Shown: positions 15,994 to 33,514 of the stretch, piece after piece | Numbering within the stretch: position 1 is the stretch's first letter | Layout of the letters: each line of letters begins with the position of its first letter | Source of the DNA: the human T2T-CHM13v2.0 reference genome, Homo sapiens | NCBI RefSeq assembly: GCF_009914755.1 | Contig: NC_060929.1 | DNA: 64,000 nt | Strand: one strand, 5' to 3' | The notes under the pieces: generated by a model | What the model was told of the DNA's origin: nothing | Database searches by the model: none | Seen by the model: the letters and a program-made list of their open reading frames with translations, nothing else | Program-made: the position numbers and the translations under genes

Positions 15994-16735
15994 CACTAGA
16001 GCATTAAGTGGGAACTACTCTGCTTAAGGTCATGATAACCAGGACCCCTCTTGATAACCTTATTCTGACACCTTTCCAAGATATATCTTCTTTTATCATC
16101 ACATTTGACTATTCATTGTTCCCTGGTCAGCCATACAGCTTTCCATCTCAATGTCTTCTCTTATGCTGTATTATTGTTTCGTTATCCTGAGATGTGCACT
16201 TTCTTCCTCTGTTTTTGTATGCGTTCTTCAGGTTCTGCCTTTTCCAACTTACTTTTCTCCTCTTTCTTTTTCTTTTTCATGGAGTATGGCAGATCTTATT
16301 TTTACACTTGATGCAGTCTGCCTTCTTATCCTTCTATAATTACTTATGTTAGTTCTAGCTCCATGTCAACTGCAGGTTTTTTGATGGACAGGACCATATC
16401 TTTTGTGATCTTCTATAGTAGCTAATGCAACACTGGTCATAGAGATGATTAAATGATTGAGCTGTTTACTTGAGTGAAGGATCAAATTTTTATCTTGACT
16501 TTTTCCCATTAGTTAGTTTGAGTTCAAAACTATTGAGCCTTTAGAGAATTTACGGAATACTACATATCTCTACAGTGTTACTGAAAAACCTTTATGCTGA
16601 GTAAGTGTATGGTTAATAGGCTAACACTTTCATTTGTAACAAGAACCTGATTTCAGAGAGCCAATTTGGCTGTCATTTTAAGACTTAGAGTTTATAAGTT
16701 ATACATGTCTTTCACTGATTTGAAATTCATTTTAA

Positions 16736-16930
<195 letters not shown>

Positions 16931-17899
16931 TAATTACTAAATATTTTTTAAAAATCAACTTAAAATAATCATTAAGCTTTTATTTAACTTCCCTGGCAAG
17001 TCTTTAAAAAGAAAATGCTCGTCAGTAACTGCTTTCTTTGTTGTATTTGATGGACAGTAAGTAACCATGAGCATAGCTAGTATTCATTTTCTTTTGGTGC
17101 ACATTAAACTTTCTTAAAATAGACAGTAGAGTGATAAGACATGTTTTCTGGCTTGTTTTGACTTTTATGTAGCTAATAATACCTCCTCTTATGTATGGAA
17201 TCTTTCTTAGAAATGTTAACAGGGATTTCTAGCGTTCTTTGGTGATGTTTTACAACTTGTACAGCCGAGGCTTCCAAAAAAAATTTAGGCATTAATAATG
17301 TTAATCTCTATCACATAATACTTTATAATATAAAAAATACTTTTATACATATTACTTGGATATTGATTTACCCATCAGATGATGATATTTAAAAGAAAAA
17401 AGTTGTTCTGTGTATACTTAACTATAGATAAATAATACGTAACAGAATGTGCTTTGTGTTAAACATCTCATTGCAGAAAAAAAATAGTGGTTTAGCAAAA
17501 TGGATGATTAATAGTTGGAAACCAAAAACTTAACTTTGGCTCTCTAAAATAAAATGGAAAGTCATCAAGTACCATTGTTAACAAACAGACATTATAGTTA
17601 ATACTGTTGAAATATAATGAAGAGTAAACACTACATTTCTAGACATTTTGTCAGTCAAGTGTGGTATAAGTGTACTTTATTACATTTAGCCAGTGGGATG
17701 AAACAACCCCTTAAAACCAACAGTATTTTGATTGATGGCGATAGTTAACAAGATAAAAGTCAAAAACGAAAAGAAGGCTACTGGTGTATTCACTAGAGAG
17801 AAGACCTGTAGAGAGGTGCTAAAAGCTGAGTTTGTATAAAGGTCCTAAAAGAAAAACAGAGACTTTTCTTCTCTAATCAGTTTTTAAGGGTGACCCTGC

Positions 17900-19200
<1,301 letters not shown>

Positions 19201-19584
19201 AGCTATATATTAGTAATTTATGTTCTTTTTTGTAGGTAAATACAAGTTTCAGAAACATTAAAAAAATCAGTTAAAGTGGTTCTGGTCTTGTTCCATATGA
19301 TATTTGGAGGTTCGAAATTTGGCCAGAAATGGCAGGGTTTCTTTTTTTACAATTCTCTCATCAGCTTCTGACTTTCTAAAAATCCTTACTTAACAATGTA
19401 AATCTTTTAGAGTAGTTTTCAGATGCCATCAGTGTCTTTGCAAAATGAGGGTCTGCTTTCATTTCCTTTTAGGTCACCAGTAGTTATAATTCATCTTAAG
19501 ATATTAATTTCAATGCAAAAACAAAGCTTAGATTTACTTTTAAATCAGTAATTATCATCTCAGATAATACTTTATAATGTATAG

Positions 19585-19842
<258 letters not shown>

Positions 19843-20700
19843 TGATCAAGCCTTGTTCAAATTTAAAATACGAAGAAGTCCAAATAACAGATAAGTATAA
19901 CATCATGGTAGTCTTAATGTTATAACTGGTAACCAGTTGAGCTGCATACTAGCAAGCTCCAGAGTGGCATGGTCTCATATCAGAGAAAAGCAGTGGAATT
20001 TCTGGAAATGGCTGAGAGTCCAATAGAAGTTAGCATTGAAGCTCTGGTGTCTGTAGCCCTCTCAGGACCATTGTCTCCATCTCTGGATGATTTTCTGAAT
20101 TGTTCTAGTTACTTGGTGATAATATTTGCTATTCAGAAATCAGTGTTTTAAATCAGCTTTTCCAAAGTCTGACCTTGTAACACCTCTATATTTTTTAACC
20201 AAGTGGTTATATCACTTTATGCCACATTTACTATTTCTTACATATCAATGGTCTACCTCCACTTTTATTTTATAATATTTTCTTTAAGCATTTTTAAAAT
20301 TTATTCAGAAACAAAGCTTTTTCCATCAAGAGACTTGATTAGGATTATAAATAAAAGTGTTTCTAAGTTTAGGTAGGTATTGTTACCTACTACAGAATTA
20401 TACTCTTTGTTAAAATGCAACATTAATAGCTAGCCTAAGCAAAATGTCAAATACCAGCACCAGATGCAGATTCTCACATTGACTCTTCAGGTTTAGTAAA
20501 GCACTTGAAAGGATATAAGATTCTTACCTGTAATTAATTGTTATTTAATGTATAGCTTCAGTGTACTGCTTAAGATTTCCTTACACTTTGCAGATACTCC
20601 TTTGAAGAAAATATTTTTTTTTTCAATGGAGGAAGTGGGAGGGAAGTTGTTGACATCTGTGACACTTCACTAAAGTCATGAACTTCTTTCAGAGTCTTAC

Positions 20701-21083
20701 TGATATGGTTTGGCTCTGTTTCTCCTCAGATCTCATCTTGCAGCTCCCATAATTCCCATGTGTTGTGAGAGGGACCCAGTGGGAGATGACTGAATCATGG
20801 GGGTGGTCTTTCCCATGCTGTCCTCATGATAGTGAATAAGTCTCACTAGATCCAATGGTTTTAAAAATGGGAGTGTCCCTGCACAGCCTCTCTTTTTTTG
20901 CCTGCTGCCATCAGGCAAAAATGTGACTTGCTGCCATCAGTCAAGATGTGACTTGCTCCTTTTTGCCTTCAGCCATGTTCGTGAGGCCTCCCCAGCCATG
21001 TGGAACTGTGAGTCCATTAAAACCTCTTTTTCTTCCCAGTCTCAGGTACGTCTTTGTCAGCAGCATAGAAACGGACTAATACA
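20701..21083 (+). mobile_element. THE1 (MaLR) solo LTR, sense to FBXO38
   Basis: TGATATGGTTTGGCT...GGACTAATACA termini; 5-bp TSD cttac/cttat; ATTAAA at 21016-21021; internal ~27-bp duplication near 20903-20957. Confidence 0.95.
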
Positions 21084-21112
21084 CTTATATTAGGAGGAAT
21101 CTTTGATTCTGA

Positions 21113-21376
<264 letters not shown>

Positions 21377-24300
21377 TGAACATAAGACAACTTAAAATCT
21401 TAGGTGCTCTCACGTCTTGAAAAATAAACTTTTAAATTAGAAATGTCAGTGATTTTTTTTTCCATATTGCCTCTGATTTTAGCATATTATAGAAAATATA
21501 GTTACTAACAATACACCAGAAAAAGAACCTTATCTACATTTGATATTGTCTCCACTTTACTGCCCAAGTTTCTTTCCCATTCTGCTTCATTTTTTTCACA
21601 GAATGTCATCCTTGGTTCCATTGTTGAATTTGATCTGCCACACTTCTTGAAGCTTTTGATGGTCCTCTCAGATGAGGTCCCATTCCCTGCCCATGCTCTT
21701 CATTTCCATAATAAGCCCGCTGGGGGTTCTGGATTTTCCAGATAGTGTGAGCACATAATGGTCAGTATTCATTTAATGATGATTGCTGTTGGAAAGCTTG
21801 TTCACAGCATTTTCTTACCCATTTACAATTGAGAACTCATTTCTTTGGGTTTGAATGCATGTCAATTCATTACTCAAACTATTTTTCCATATGGCATCAA
21901 TAAGATATGAAAGAAAATTTTCATCACCAACATGCTTTTATTTATTCAAGAATTCATTTTCTTCCCACCTGATTTGCAACAAGTCTTTCTTGAACTCTCA
22001 TCCTCATAGCAGATAACATTTTTTCTTTGGATCTAGTTTGTATTATAGAAGAACATAAGAAGGCTTAATTCTTCCATTCAGGACAATCCAGCTCAAAAAA
22101 CATGACTGTTTTTCATTTCTAATATATATTACAATAATAGTTGTGGGTTTTTTGTTTGTTTACTTTTTTGTTTTTCACAGTACTCATTAATATAGGTGAT
22201 TACTTTAAAAAGTCAAGCCATCCTTTTCTAGACAGTTTACTATTAGAATCATGTTAAATCTGTATAGCTTTGAAAAAGATCAGCTTTTCTCCAAAATAGC
22301 TTTAAAATGCTAATGAGTACAATGATTTTATATAAAATTAATACATTTGATATCAAGCTTTTCTGGTTTTGAATGAAGTATCTAACATTCCCTATGTTTC
22401 TGCAATGTCTGTATAGTAACAAAATTATTAGCTTTGAAATTGATATTCTTTCTATAATTTTGTTTTCTATTTTTCCCAAAAGCTCAGAACTTGACAAATT
22501 GTGTACCTTCAGGATGGCCAAATTTAGGTCTACTGAAGAATTGTCTTCAAGTGTTAACTTCATAACCAATTATTTTCCTGTAGTGTTTCTTTCTCCTCAA
22601 CATATGTTTTCAATAGCATAAAAATACCTTCTTGACTACCATTATCTCGTAGTTTTCAACACAACTTGTTTCATGTTCTGTTTCATACTTAATAGTCTGT
22701 TATGTTGAACTTTGTACATTCATTTTCTTATTTGCCACAGTTTAACCATTTCTTCCATATGCATACTATCTTCTGTCCCTCCAAAGATGACCTAGGATTC
22801 TCTGTTTCAGAATAGGTGCCTGGTACTTGTTATGGACGATATCATGAGGTCACTGCTCACTCACACTCTCTCACTTAGTTTCTCTCTTCTCAGTAATTTA
22901 GATTTGAAGCATCTCTCCAAGAAGTGGTGGCTGGCCTCTGGTAAAACTTGAGTCACTTTCTTGTTATAAAAGGTCTGGCAGAATAAATAAATAGAAACAT
23001 CACCTTTGTCTTCTGACAGTGACCCAAAGATGAATCTTTAGAGAGTTCTTTGTTCATGTGGATTTATGATCTGTAAGCTTTATATAATACTGATAGAGAC
23101 GTATAACTCAGTGAAAATTTCAGAAACAATATAGTCCTAGCCCTAGAGTTCTAGCAATTTAGTCCTAGAGCTTGAGGGAGAGAGAGAATTGAGGCCTGTC
23201 TGCTACTAATCATGAGACCTAAGCAAGTTAATTCTCATTTTTTAAATGAAGATAAGGTGGTATCCTGCTTTTCTCTTGGGTAGCTCTGAGGAACCAAGGG
23301 AAAAGTGATGTATACATTTACAGTAATCTCTGACACTTAGGAAGTATTCAATAAATGATAACTTTTACCTTTAGCTCACCTGTGGGCTGAAAAGAAAAAC
23401 AAAAATGAATCTCAAGTAATATCATCAGGATTTTGAAAGGAGTGTGTCAAGCAGGAAGCCCCAAGAGTAGAAACATGGTGTTCATCTCAAAAAACTAAAT
23501 GCAAGACATCGATTTGTCATGTTAGGTTACAGCATTTATTCAGATAGTGCCCAGGAAACAGGGTCAGTTCAAGGTTTACCCTATCTTAAGGAAAATGGTA
23601 AGTTTCATCTGAAGTCCTAAGAGCAGGGAAATGATCCTTACCAGGAGCTAAAGAAAATAGTTCAGCTAAATTGTAAAGGATGGATTAAGGTGAAATTTGT
23701 AAGATGTGCCAGGAGATACCAAATATAGGAACTATAGGAGAAAGACTGTCAACTATATGGAAAGTAAAATTGGAAGTTTGGAGAAGATGGATTGTTTTTA
23801 ACATGTTGTAGCTAAAGTTGTAAATCCCTGTGATATTCAGGGCAGCTTCACCAGAGTGGCAGTGTTTTTTTTTTGTCCTGCATATTGGTTGATTGCAGAC
23901 TGTGAGAGACGTATTCCCATGAGCTCTTGTATCCCCAGCACTATGCTAGACACTAAAGATGTAACTATGAACTAACAGAATCTTGGAGCGTGAGGGGGCA
24001 GGCAGATGGGAGAAATGATAAGAGGCAAGGGATGAGGTGTGATTCTTAGTGACATGATCTAGAATAAAGGATCCTCCTTTACTTATTCCCAAACCCCTAG
24101 TTTGTGACCAGAGAGTAGGCACTAAAGCCCAGTGGCATGTGTTTGAGTTAGAAGTGCACTTTTAGGGTATAGATAGATGTTACTAACCAGTGCCATGGGT
24201 TCTAACAATGAATCTTAAATTCTCAGAGTTTACCTTTCTCTACACATGTCCACACTGGGCTCCAAGAACATCATTTTATTGTAAGGGAGTTGAGTTTTTA

Positions 24301-24657
24301 AGATTTTGTTTTCCTTTTAAATGATAAAGCTAAAACTTTACCATGGTATGAACCAGTATGATAGATCCTTCACTTATGCTTTAAGAATTTTTGCCTTTTC
24401 TCTTCTCTAAACAATTGGAAATAATTTTTCCTACTAGCTGTCCCTTGACTTTTAATATAATTTATTATTTTGTACAAGAAGTGCTACCATATGTACGGAA
24501 TACCTAACCTAAAATTATACCTGAACCCAATGATAAGCAGATGATACAGAATGATGGTAGAGACTTTTTATACTGACTGGTAAGATACAAAGTTGGTAAC
24601 ACTCCCTAACACTTAAGAATTTGACTTTTTTTTTTTTTAATTGATTGCTCTTTTTAG

Positions 24658-24828
24658 GCAGAATGGCTAATGCGGATCTGGTGAAGTATGGTTTGGCTGA
24701 TGTGGTAGAAAATCCTGGTATCATCACTGATATAGGGATGAAAGCAGTCAATGAAGTTTTTTCCTGTATCAAATATCTGGCAATTTACAATTGCCCTCAT
24801 CTACACAACCCATACAATTGGATCTCAG
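24658..24828 (+). CDS. FBXO38: FBXO38 exon 10 ([20 protein letters not shown]...PYNWIS)
   Basis: tttttag| acceptor, G|gtatta donor, 171 nt. Confidence 0.96.
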
Positions 24829-26418
24829 GTATTACAGACTTAAAAATACAGCTATGTTTTATTGATACTGAAATAATACAACTTTCCATGTTTTCTATGT
24901 GTGATATGATTGCATTCCTAATGTAAAATGTAGGTATTTCATTTGGATTGTTCATACAAGTTCTGGTAACCTTTGATAACCAAGTTGGAAGTATATTCAA
25001 TGCCTCTTTAAACTTCTGACGTTCTCTGCCTAGAAGTGTATACTCTCCAGGTTGTGGATTCAAGTGCCCTGATTTTTATATGTACTTCTTTGGGCTAGGA
25101 ACATAAAATTAAGGTTAGTTCATTGTTACCTAGGACTTAGGATATTGTAGTTATTTTCTCAGAATTATCTTCACAATAGCACATCATCTGAAAGGACAAA
25201 GTAGGTATGTATGTTGAACTTTAATTAAGTGACATTAACCTGAGATAAAAATTTCTATTGACTAGAAATCCCAGTCTATTTCAGATCTCCCCCTCCAATC
25301 TCCTATATGTAGAAGTGTGACTTTTGCACTTGATATTTTTCCCTTATGGTGGGAGTTCATTTTCCTCTCAGAGTAATGTCATCTGTTTTCTTAAAGGCCC
25401 TTCTTAGATACCGAAATTTACAAACCATTAAATAAATTGAGAGCCTGAAAAAGTTGTACTTGTGACAAAGCCTCTCACTGACACCTACAGAACAGCCTCC
25501 TCTGCTATTGAGTCACTTGACCGGGATCTGTATCTCCTCACAAAGCTACTATCCAGGCCTATTTTAGGGCTCTGGGACCTCTGCTGAGATCACTCGTTAA
25601 TATAGTCATGTCTCATGTGCCAGCAGCAGTTAAATTCTATCCCTGGCCCTGCTGAACCAAGAAGTTATTGGGAAATATGAACTTTAGGATGTAGCAGGCG
25701 TAGATGACTTTAAAAAAATAACATTTATTGGGTTTTTGGTTTGTTTGTTTTCTTAAATACAGAAGAGTATAAAGAAGAAAACAAAAAATGGCCTATAATC
25801 CCATCACTCAGAATTCCTGTTAACACTTAAAAAAATAAGTAATACATGCACTTGATAAATTTCAAACAGTACAGAAAGGTACAAAATGAAAACTCTCCTC
25901 TTCTCAAAGGTAACCATCATCAACAGTTTTTTGTATATTTTTCTGGACAAATTATGCATATTGCAGCATATATATGTGTAGCATTTAAAAATGATTTATA
26001 TTATACCAAAGGATCTTACTCTGTATACACTGTCCTGTAGCTTGTTTTTTGTACTAAGTATAATTTGGAGAGTTTTCCATGTCAGCAAGCATATTAAGCT
26101 CTCCTTAATTCTTTTGAAATAGCTACATAATGTTCTATTAAATAAATATGCCATAATTTTTTAATTCAGTGTCCTATTGTTGAAAAGCCATGTAGGTTGT
26201 TGAGTGGATCACATTTAAATCAGGGCTGATTGGATTCAAATTAATGTTCCCCAGGCCATTTAGTTCTCACAATGGAATTAGGTATGTAAACATCATAATT
26301 TAGAATCATCGGGTTTTAGAAGTCATGAAAAAAAGGAAAAGTTATTTTAAAAAAAAGGATTTGAAAGTCTTTGTGACCTGTATCAAAATTCATCAGTAAT
26401 GGGGAAAATGTTACTTAG

Positions 26419-26604
<186 letters not shown>

Positions 26605-27189
26605 TGAGGGAGTTTTTGTTTATTTTGATAGGAAAGAAAATAAAAACAGCCTGTGATTTTTTTTTTTTTTTTCTTTTCAATGATATGCCTTTACGGTGTT
26701 ACAGTCGGACTTTTTACTGCCAGCCTCAGTGAAGGCATAAAGGTTGTAATAATGCATAGCCTCTCATTCTTCTAAATGAGAATTAAGGGTTCTCTGGGGA
26801 AGGGTAAGGAAAAAATAAGTGGAAGCTGTCTGTTAGTATATAAACAAAAGGTAAGGTAAGGGTGAGGCTGGAAATTTAAGACAGAAATTATTACGTGGGA
26901 TAATTCATTGGTGGATTAAATATAATTAGGTTGGTAGATTAAATCTAATTAGGAATCCAAAGTATAAACAAGAATTAAGGATTTATTTGGGGAATGTTTT
27001 ACTTTGCTGCTATCTTTCTGTTAAGTTGTATAGCCTGGGAAATCTGAGGTAGCCCAGTTGTACAAAATGTTATTTTAAAACTGCTTAACATATAGAACTT
27101 TGTACTCTTAAGGCAATTAAAAACTTAATCCTTCAACCATTTATGTTCTCTCTTGTCAGTTATTAATGGTTACATTCCCACTGTTGAAG

Positions 27190-27400
27190 CAGTACAATAT
27201 AATGGGGAAAGCTCAGGATTTAAGGTCAGAATCCTGGTTTCAAATTGCGGCTCTACCACTTACTGGCCATGTGCTGTTGGGCAGATCTCTTCTCCTTGCA
27301 TGACTCCTCATCTGTAAATCAAGCCAGTAACCCTTTATCTATCTTGAAGTGTTGCAGGCCTTAAATGGGATTTTCTATGTGTATGTGAAAGCATTTCATA
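27190..27400 (+). mobile_element. MIR SINE
   Basis: cctggtttcaaattgcggctctaccacttactggcc...ctcatctgtaaa MIR core. Confidence 0.7.
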
Positions 27401-27516
27401 AATAAGTACTATATAAATATTAGTTATAATGTAAAGGTGAAATGAAGGGATATTAAAAATGAAGGGATATATACTAACCCAAATTAATAAACGTATGTGT
27501 TTTGGTTTTGCCTTAG

Positions 27517-27744
<228 letters not shown>

Positions 27745-30125
27745 TGAGCTCCAGATAGAAATGATTTTCACTTTGTATTGTATTTCTGGCTTTATCCTGT
27801 TCCCTTTTTCCCCTGTTTCAACTTGTCACTTTCCACATTGAGGAAAGCTAGTTGATAAGGAACATGAGGGAGTAGGTGAAATTTTTCTCTTTTCTTGCTT
27901 GTTTCAAAACTGCTTTTATCCACAGACCCTATAAGAATACCTACAGAATGGGAAAGATTACAGATGCCAGGGGAATTAGGGTAGAGTGGTAACTCTTGAG
28001 GTCTGAGACTTAACTTTCAGGATTTAGACAAAGGAGTATCTTTTATTGTCTCCTAGACCAATGGATAGCATGAACATTAAGACCATTTCTGGATATTTGA
28101 AGAACTGAAAGATTAATACCAACCATGGGCTAGACATTGGCACCTTTCATGTACCTTTAATCATTAGGTCTTCACTTCCACCCTGCAGATTAAGTACATT
28201 AGCTAAGAAGGACCTATTCTATTTCATTTATGTAATTATCTGTCCAGTTCATTAATATATATTGAATACTTACGGTGTGCCAACCCATGTGTGAAGGTGC
28301 TCCATCCATCCTTCTGTTGATGAGTGAAGTGATGTGAGATTGTTTTGTTACCAAATTTTCCAGTTTCCCAGTTGACGCTTAGGAACTGGAAAAGGAATCT
28401 TTTCTAGCCATCCTTTTGTTGTTCCCCATTTGCCTACTCTTGCACACAGTAATTAATGAGAAATAGGGTGCCCTGATATGTACCTGCTTTTACAATGAAA
28501 TGTACTGTGTACAGGGCATGATTTCCTTTAGGGGCACTCTGAGTATACAGTTCCTGACAAAAGAATCATCTGTAGGCAATGTCTTCACTTTCTCATCTCA
28601 CTTGGTCCCTATAGAACTCTCCACTTTGGCTCTTGGCAAAGTCACTAGTGATTGTCTTACTGAATCTGGAGGTCATTTCGCCACTTTCATCTAATTTGAC
28701 ATCTCAGCAGCATTAGACATTGTTGCCTAGACTTGTACACTCTTGAGACACTTTATTCTCTTGGCATCTCTGAAACGATTTTGCTGGTTTTTCTCCTACC
28801 TCATTTTCCTTTGCTTGTAGCACCTCCTGTATTCCACTTTTGTCCATGATATCTTTCTCTACACATTTTCACTCAAGCTCAAGGTTTTAGTACCAACTAT
28901 ATGGTATTAAATCCAAATCTTTGTTTCCAGCCTTAACTTGTATACTTTTCTGAAGTAAATGCAGCTATATCTAGCTCTGTACTTTATGTCCATGGTATAC
29001 TCTTAAGCATTTCAAACCTAGGTAAAATCTTTCCCCAACCAGTCTCCCTTAAAAATGCAAAAATGAAAGTGCAGAGCCAACAGGTGTTAAGGGAAAGAGA
29101 GGGCGAGACAGTCACGTATTGTCTCTTTGCTTTGTTGTCCTGAGTGCTATGGTACATAGTACAGGTTACTACCACTATAAAGATCTGCACTTCAGAGGAC
29201 ATGGACTGTACGTGGGAAACTTACAGCAGCTGCCATTCAGAACTACCCAAATCCTGTGAACTCATTTGTGGTTTGAGTTGACACACAGATTGTAGACTTC
29301 ACTGGAAGATTACTTTGCCATGGACTTCTCAGTACAGTGGAGAATGCCTGCCATTGTGAAATCATATATTGTTGCAACAAGGACCAAAAAGATATTCAAG
29401 AACATGTTTGATTTAATTTGTATCTGTATTTGATTTAAGAGAGGAAAATGGAACTTACATCTTAATTTGATTTATAAATACGGTTTCAGAAGATGAGAGA
29501 TTTGGCATAAAAACCAAATACACAAGACATAGGATAAGCTATTTTGATTTAAGAAGCCATAATTACTATGGAAGGATTCAGCTTCAGCAGTTACCTAGGA
29601 CTGTTGTCAAGTATAGTATCTTCAAATACTGTTAAATGCTGAGAAGCAAAGAATAAATACATAATGTATAAAGCATAATTGTATAAAGCAATACGTAAAT
29701 GCCAGAATTGAAGGATTAAACAGCTTCAACAAGAGGAAGCCTAAGAAAACCAGAGGCAATGGCTGCATTTGTAGAGAAATGAAGATTGGTAGAAAACATT
29801 AGATTCCACAGGTCACTCCCACATGGTAGTGTGTTTAGTTGTATCTGTTATTAAACATGTATACACACACACACAACACACACACACATATAAGTTAGAT
29901 TTTTTTTTCCCGCAAACTAAGGAACTAGAAAAAGACTGATTTTTGGTTGAAACAAAGAAATACAGGGCTTCATAATAAAAGGGGTAATGGGGAATTATGT
30001 TAAACAGTTGACTAATATTGATGGTTCAAATCTTCAAGTGAAAATAATAATTTTAAAATTTCTTTGAAACTGGTATTAACATGTTGACTCTCCTTGATGT
30101 ACAATTTGAAAACTTTTCACGTCTG

Positions 30126-30275
30126 GGCCAGGTGCAATGCACATGCCTGTAACCTCAGGAGGTTGAGGCGGGAGGATGGCTTGAGTGGGGAGTTTTCAAG
30201 GATGTAGTGAGTTATGATCACACCACTACGCTCCAGCCTGGGTGACAGAGGGAGACCCGGAGTCTTAAAAACAAA
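30126..30275 (+). mobile_element. Alu monomer (FRAM/AluJ right arm)
   Basis: ggccaggtgc...gaggcgggaggatggcttgag...ctccagcctgggtgacagag. Confidence 0.8.
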
Positions 30276-30650
30276 TCTTTACATGCATGGGCCTTTACTT
30301 GGTTTTGGACCAGCCCCAGAATGAAGTAACACCAGTCTTTATTGCTGTATTGTATTTAACTTCTTCAGCTTGCATGAGGTAATTTACTGTAAAAGAGGGG
30401 CATTGTATAATTTTAAAAGCTATTTAATTTGTATAAATTAACTCCAACAAAACTATGATTTTTTGTTTCACAGTTACTATATTTATCAAAATTTTATAAT
30501 TTGGCAGGATATTATCTTAAGTTTGTATTTTGAGAAGTCTTAGAACTTAGAGTACTTAATTGTGAGCTAGTTAGCTGAAAATATAACTTGATTACCTGAA
30601 TTTTGCAACATTCTAAAATAAGAATAAATGATTACAGTTTTTTTGTGGGG

Positions 30651-30950
30651 TTTTTTTTTTTTTTTGAGACAGAGTCTCACTGTCACTCAGGCTGGAGGGT
30701 AGTGGCATGATCATAGCTCACTGTAGCCTCAAACTCCTGGGTTCAAGTGATCCTTCCACCTCAGCCTCCCGAGTAGCTGGGACTACAAACGCGTGACACC
30801 ACTCTCAGCTGATTTTTCAAAAAATTTTGTGTAGAGATAGGGTCTTACTGTGTCGCCCAGTCTGGTCTCAAACTCTTGGCCTTAAGTGATCCTCATGCCT
30901 CAGCCTCCCAAAATGCTGTGATTACAGGCATGAGTCAGTCACTGTGCCCC
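30651..30950 (-). mobile_element. AluJ
   Basis: polyT-gagacagagtctcact...atcatagctcactgtagcctcaaactcctggg (J diagnostics). Confidence 0.92.
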
Positions 30951-31233
30951 ACAATGTTGCTGTTTTTTTAACAATTTACATTTGCCTATAAGTGTCACAA
31001 TTATGCTTCTGTAATTGCTAAAGCATAGTGTCTATTTTTATGTAACTACTTTCTAAGGAATTACAACTTTAAAGCATAGTTTTACCTGTACATCATTTAA
31101 CTAATTTTCTATTTTGATTTAACATACATTCCAGTTACTTAATGCTTTTAAATACAGCGTCATTCCCTCATCCCTCCACCCCATTAGCCTGAATTAACTA
31201 CCAAGTGAAATTGCTCTGCAGCTTTATTTATGG

Positions 31234-31861
<628 letters not shown>

Positions 31862-32250
31862 ATTTTGTAAAATTTTTATTTTTGAAGCCTAAGGGCAAAC
31901 TACAGTCTGAAAAAAAATCCCAGTAAATGTATTTTGTTTTACACTTTGGGGCAGGTAGTTGTCAACCACTAAATATTATATCTGATAATAAATTTCTATT
32001 AATTTATGCAACAATTTCACTGCATAAAAATTATTTTGTTAAGAGGCAATGAATTCTTTATAAGACTTTTTTACAGCTGAAATAACATTTCAGCTAAACA
32101 AAACATTTGGTGAATATTGATATTTGATTCTAAGTTAGCATACATATATATGTATACATATACATATATATATAACTTTCTGTAAGTTAAAACTGTTCTG
32201 AAAAAGATGTACTACCTTAATGATAAAATATTTTCCAACAAAGGAAAAAA

Positions 32251-32438
32251 GTCAAAACCATGAATCATTTGTATCTTCACTAGCCCAGGGGCATCACCAT
32301 CCAATTTAATTACCAGAGACTAAAATCAAGACATTATGCTTTTTGTCAAAACCAAGAATCACTTGTATCTTCACTAGCCCAAAGGCACCATCATCCGATT
32401 TAATTACCAGAGACTAAAATCAAGCCATTATGCTTTTT
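32251..32438. repeat. 94-bp tandem duplication, 2 diverged copies
   Basis: gtcaaaacca..gaatca.ttgtatcttcactagccca...taattaccagagactaaaatcaag.cattatgcttttt starts at 32251 and 32345. Confidence 0.93.
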
Positions 32439-32439
32439 T

Positions 32440-33185
32440 TCTTTACTTCCTACCTGCTCTCCAAGACGTTGAGTCATTTACCAACTCTTGTTGAATGTCT
32501 CTGAAACATCTCTCCAGTATGCCTACATCTCTCCTTTCCCATTGTACTACCACTACATCAGACCTTTCTCTTTTTTTTTTTTTTACCTAAATGTTTTAAT
32601 AGCTTTCAAACTGGCCTATTTTCTTGCCCAGCTAAAATTAGTTCTTATAGCAACCAGGGCAGTCTTTTAACAACAAACCAAACAATATTGATACCTTACT
32701 CAAAACTTTTTAATAGCTTCCCATTGCCTTAGAATAAGATCCAGCTTCTTAAATTGGACCACCAAATGCTGTACGATCTGGCCTGCCCTCATCTTGTACT
32801 ACTTCCACCACTACATCATTCTTGAACATGACAGCTGGTGCCTAGCATTGCACTAACTACTGCCTCCTAGAATTCCCTCCTTCCATGTTTTCATGGCTGG
32901 CTCCTTCTTGACTTTTAGTTCTTAGCTGAAATGTTAATCTCAGAGATGTCTTTCCTTGCCATCTGATCTTAAGCAGCCACCAGTTTATTCTCTGTCACAT
33001 CACACTTTTTGTTACATAAGGCATTACTATCTGATGTTTTTATTTTTATTTTTAAAATTTTTTCTCCCCCAACTAGAGTAAGCCATGAGACTAGGGATCT
33101 TGAATTTCACCACTGTTTCTCAGCTCCAAGGAATACTAACAAATTGTAGTAAGATGCTCAGTAAGTATTCAAATGAATGCAATGA
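32440..33185 (+). mobile_element. L2 LINE 3' fragment
   Basis: Pyrimidine-rich body ending in gatgctcagtaagtattcaaatgaatg (L2 3' terminus). Confidence 0.7.
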
Positions 33186-33475
33186 AAGAAATCGTTTAAA
33201 CAACTTTTGGGTATCATATTAAATGTTTGCACAGGCTATTCTGGCAACCTAAAAGCAGTTGCTCAGCAACTTTGGAAAACCTTATCACATTGATGTTTGA
33301 ATGTACTTCTTTTCATGCCATTCCCTGCATAAAAACCTAGTGGTTTCCCTCTGCCTACTGCAAACAATTCTAAGCTTTTTAGCAAGGCTTTCCAAGCTTT
33401 TAACAATCTGGGGCCCAGGCTACCTTTTCAGCCTTGTTTTTTCTTTCGCATCTCTATCACAACACAGATAACTGG

Positions 33476-33514
33476 TTTGTTTGTTTGTTTGTTTGTTTGT
33501 TTGTTTGTTTGTTT
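33476..33514. repeat. (GTTT)n tetranucleotide repeat
   Basis: Direct reading, about 9 units. Confidence 0.93.
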
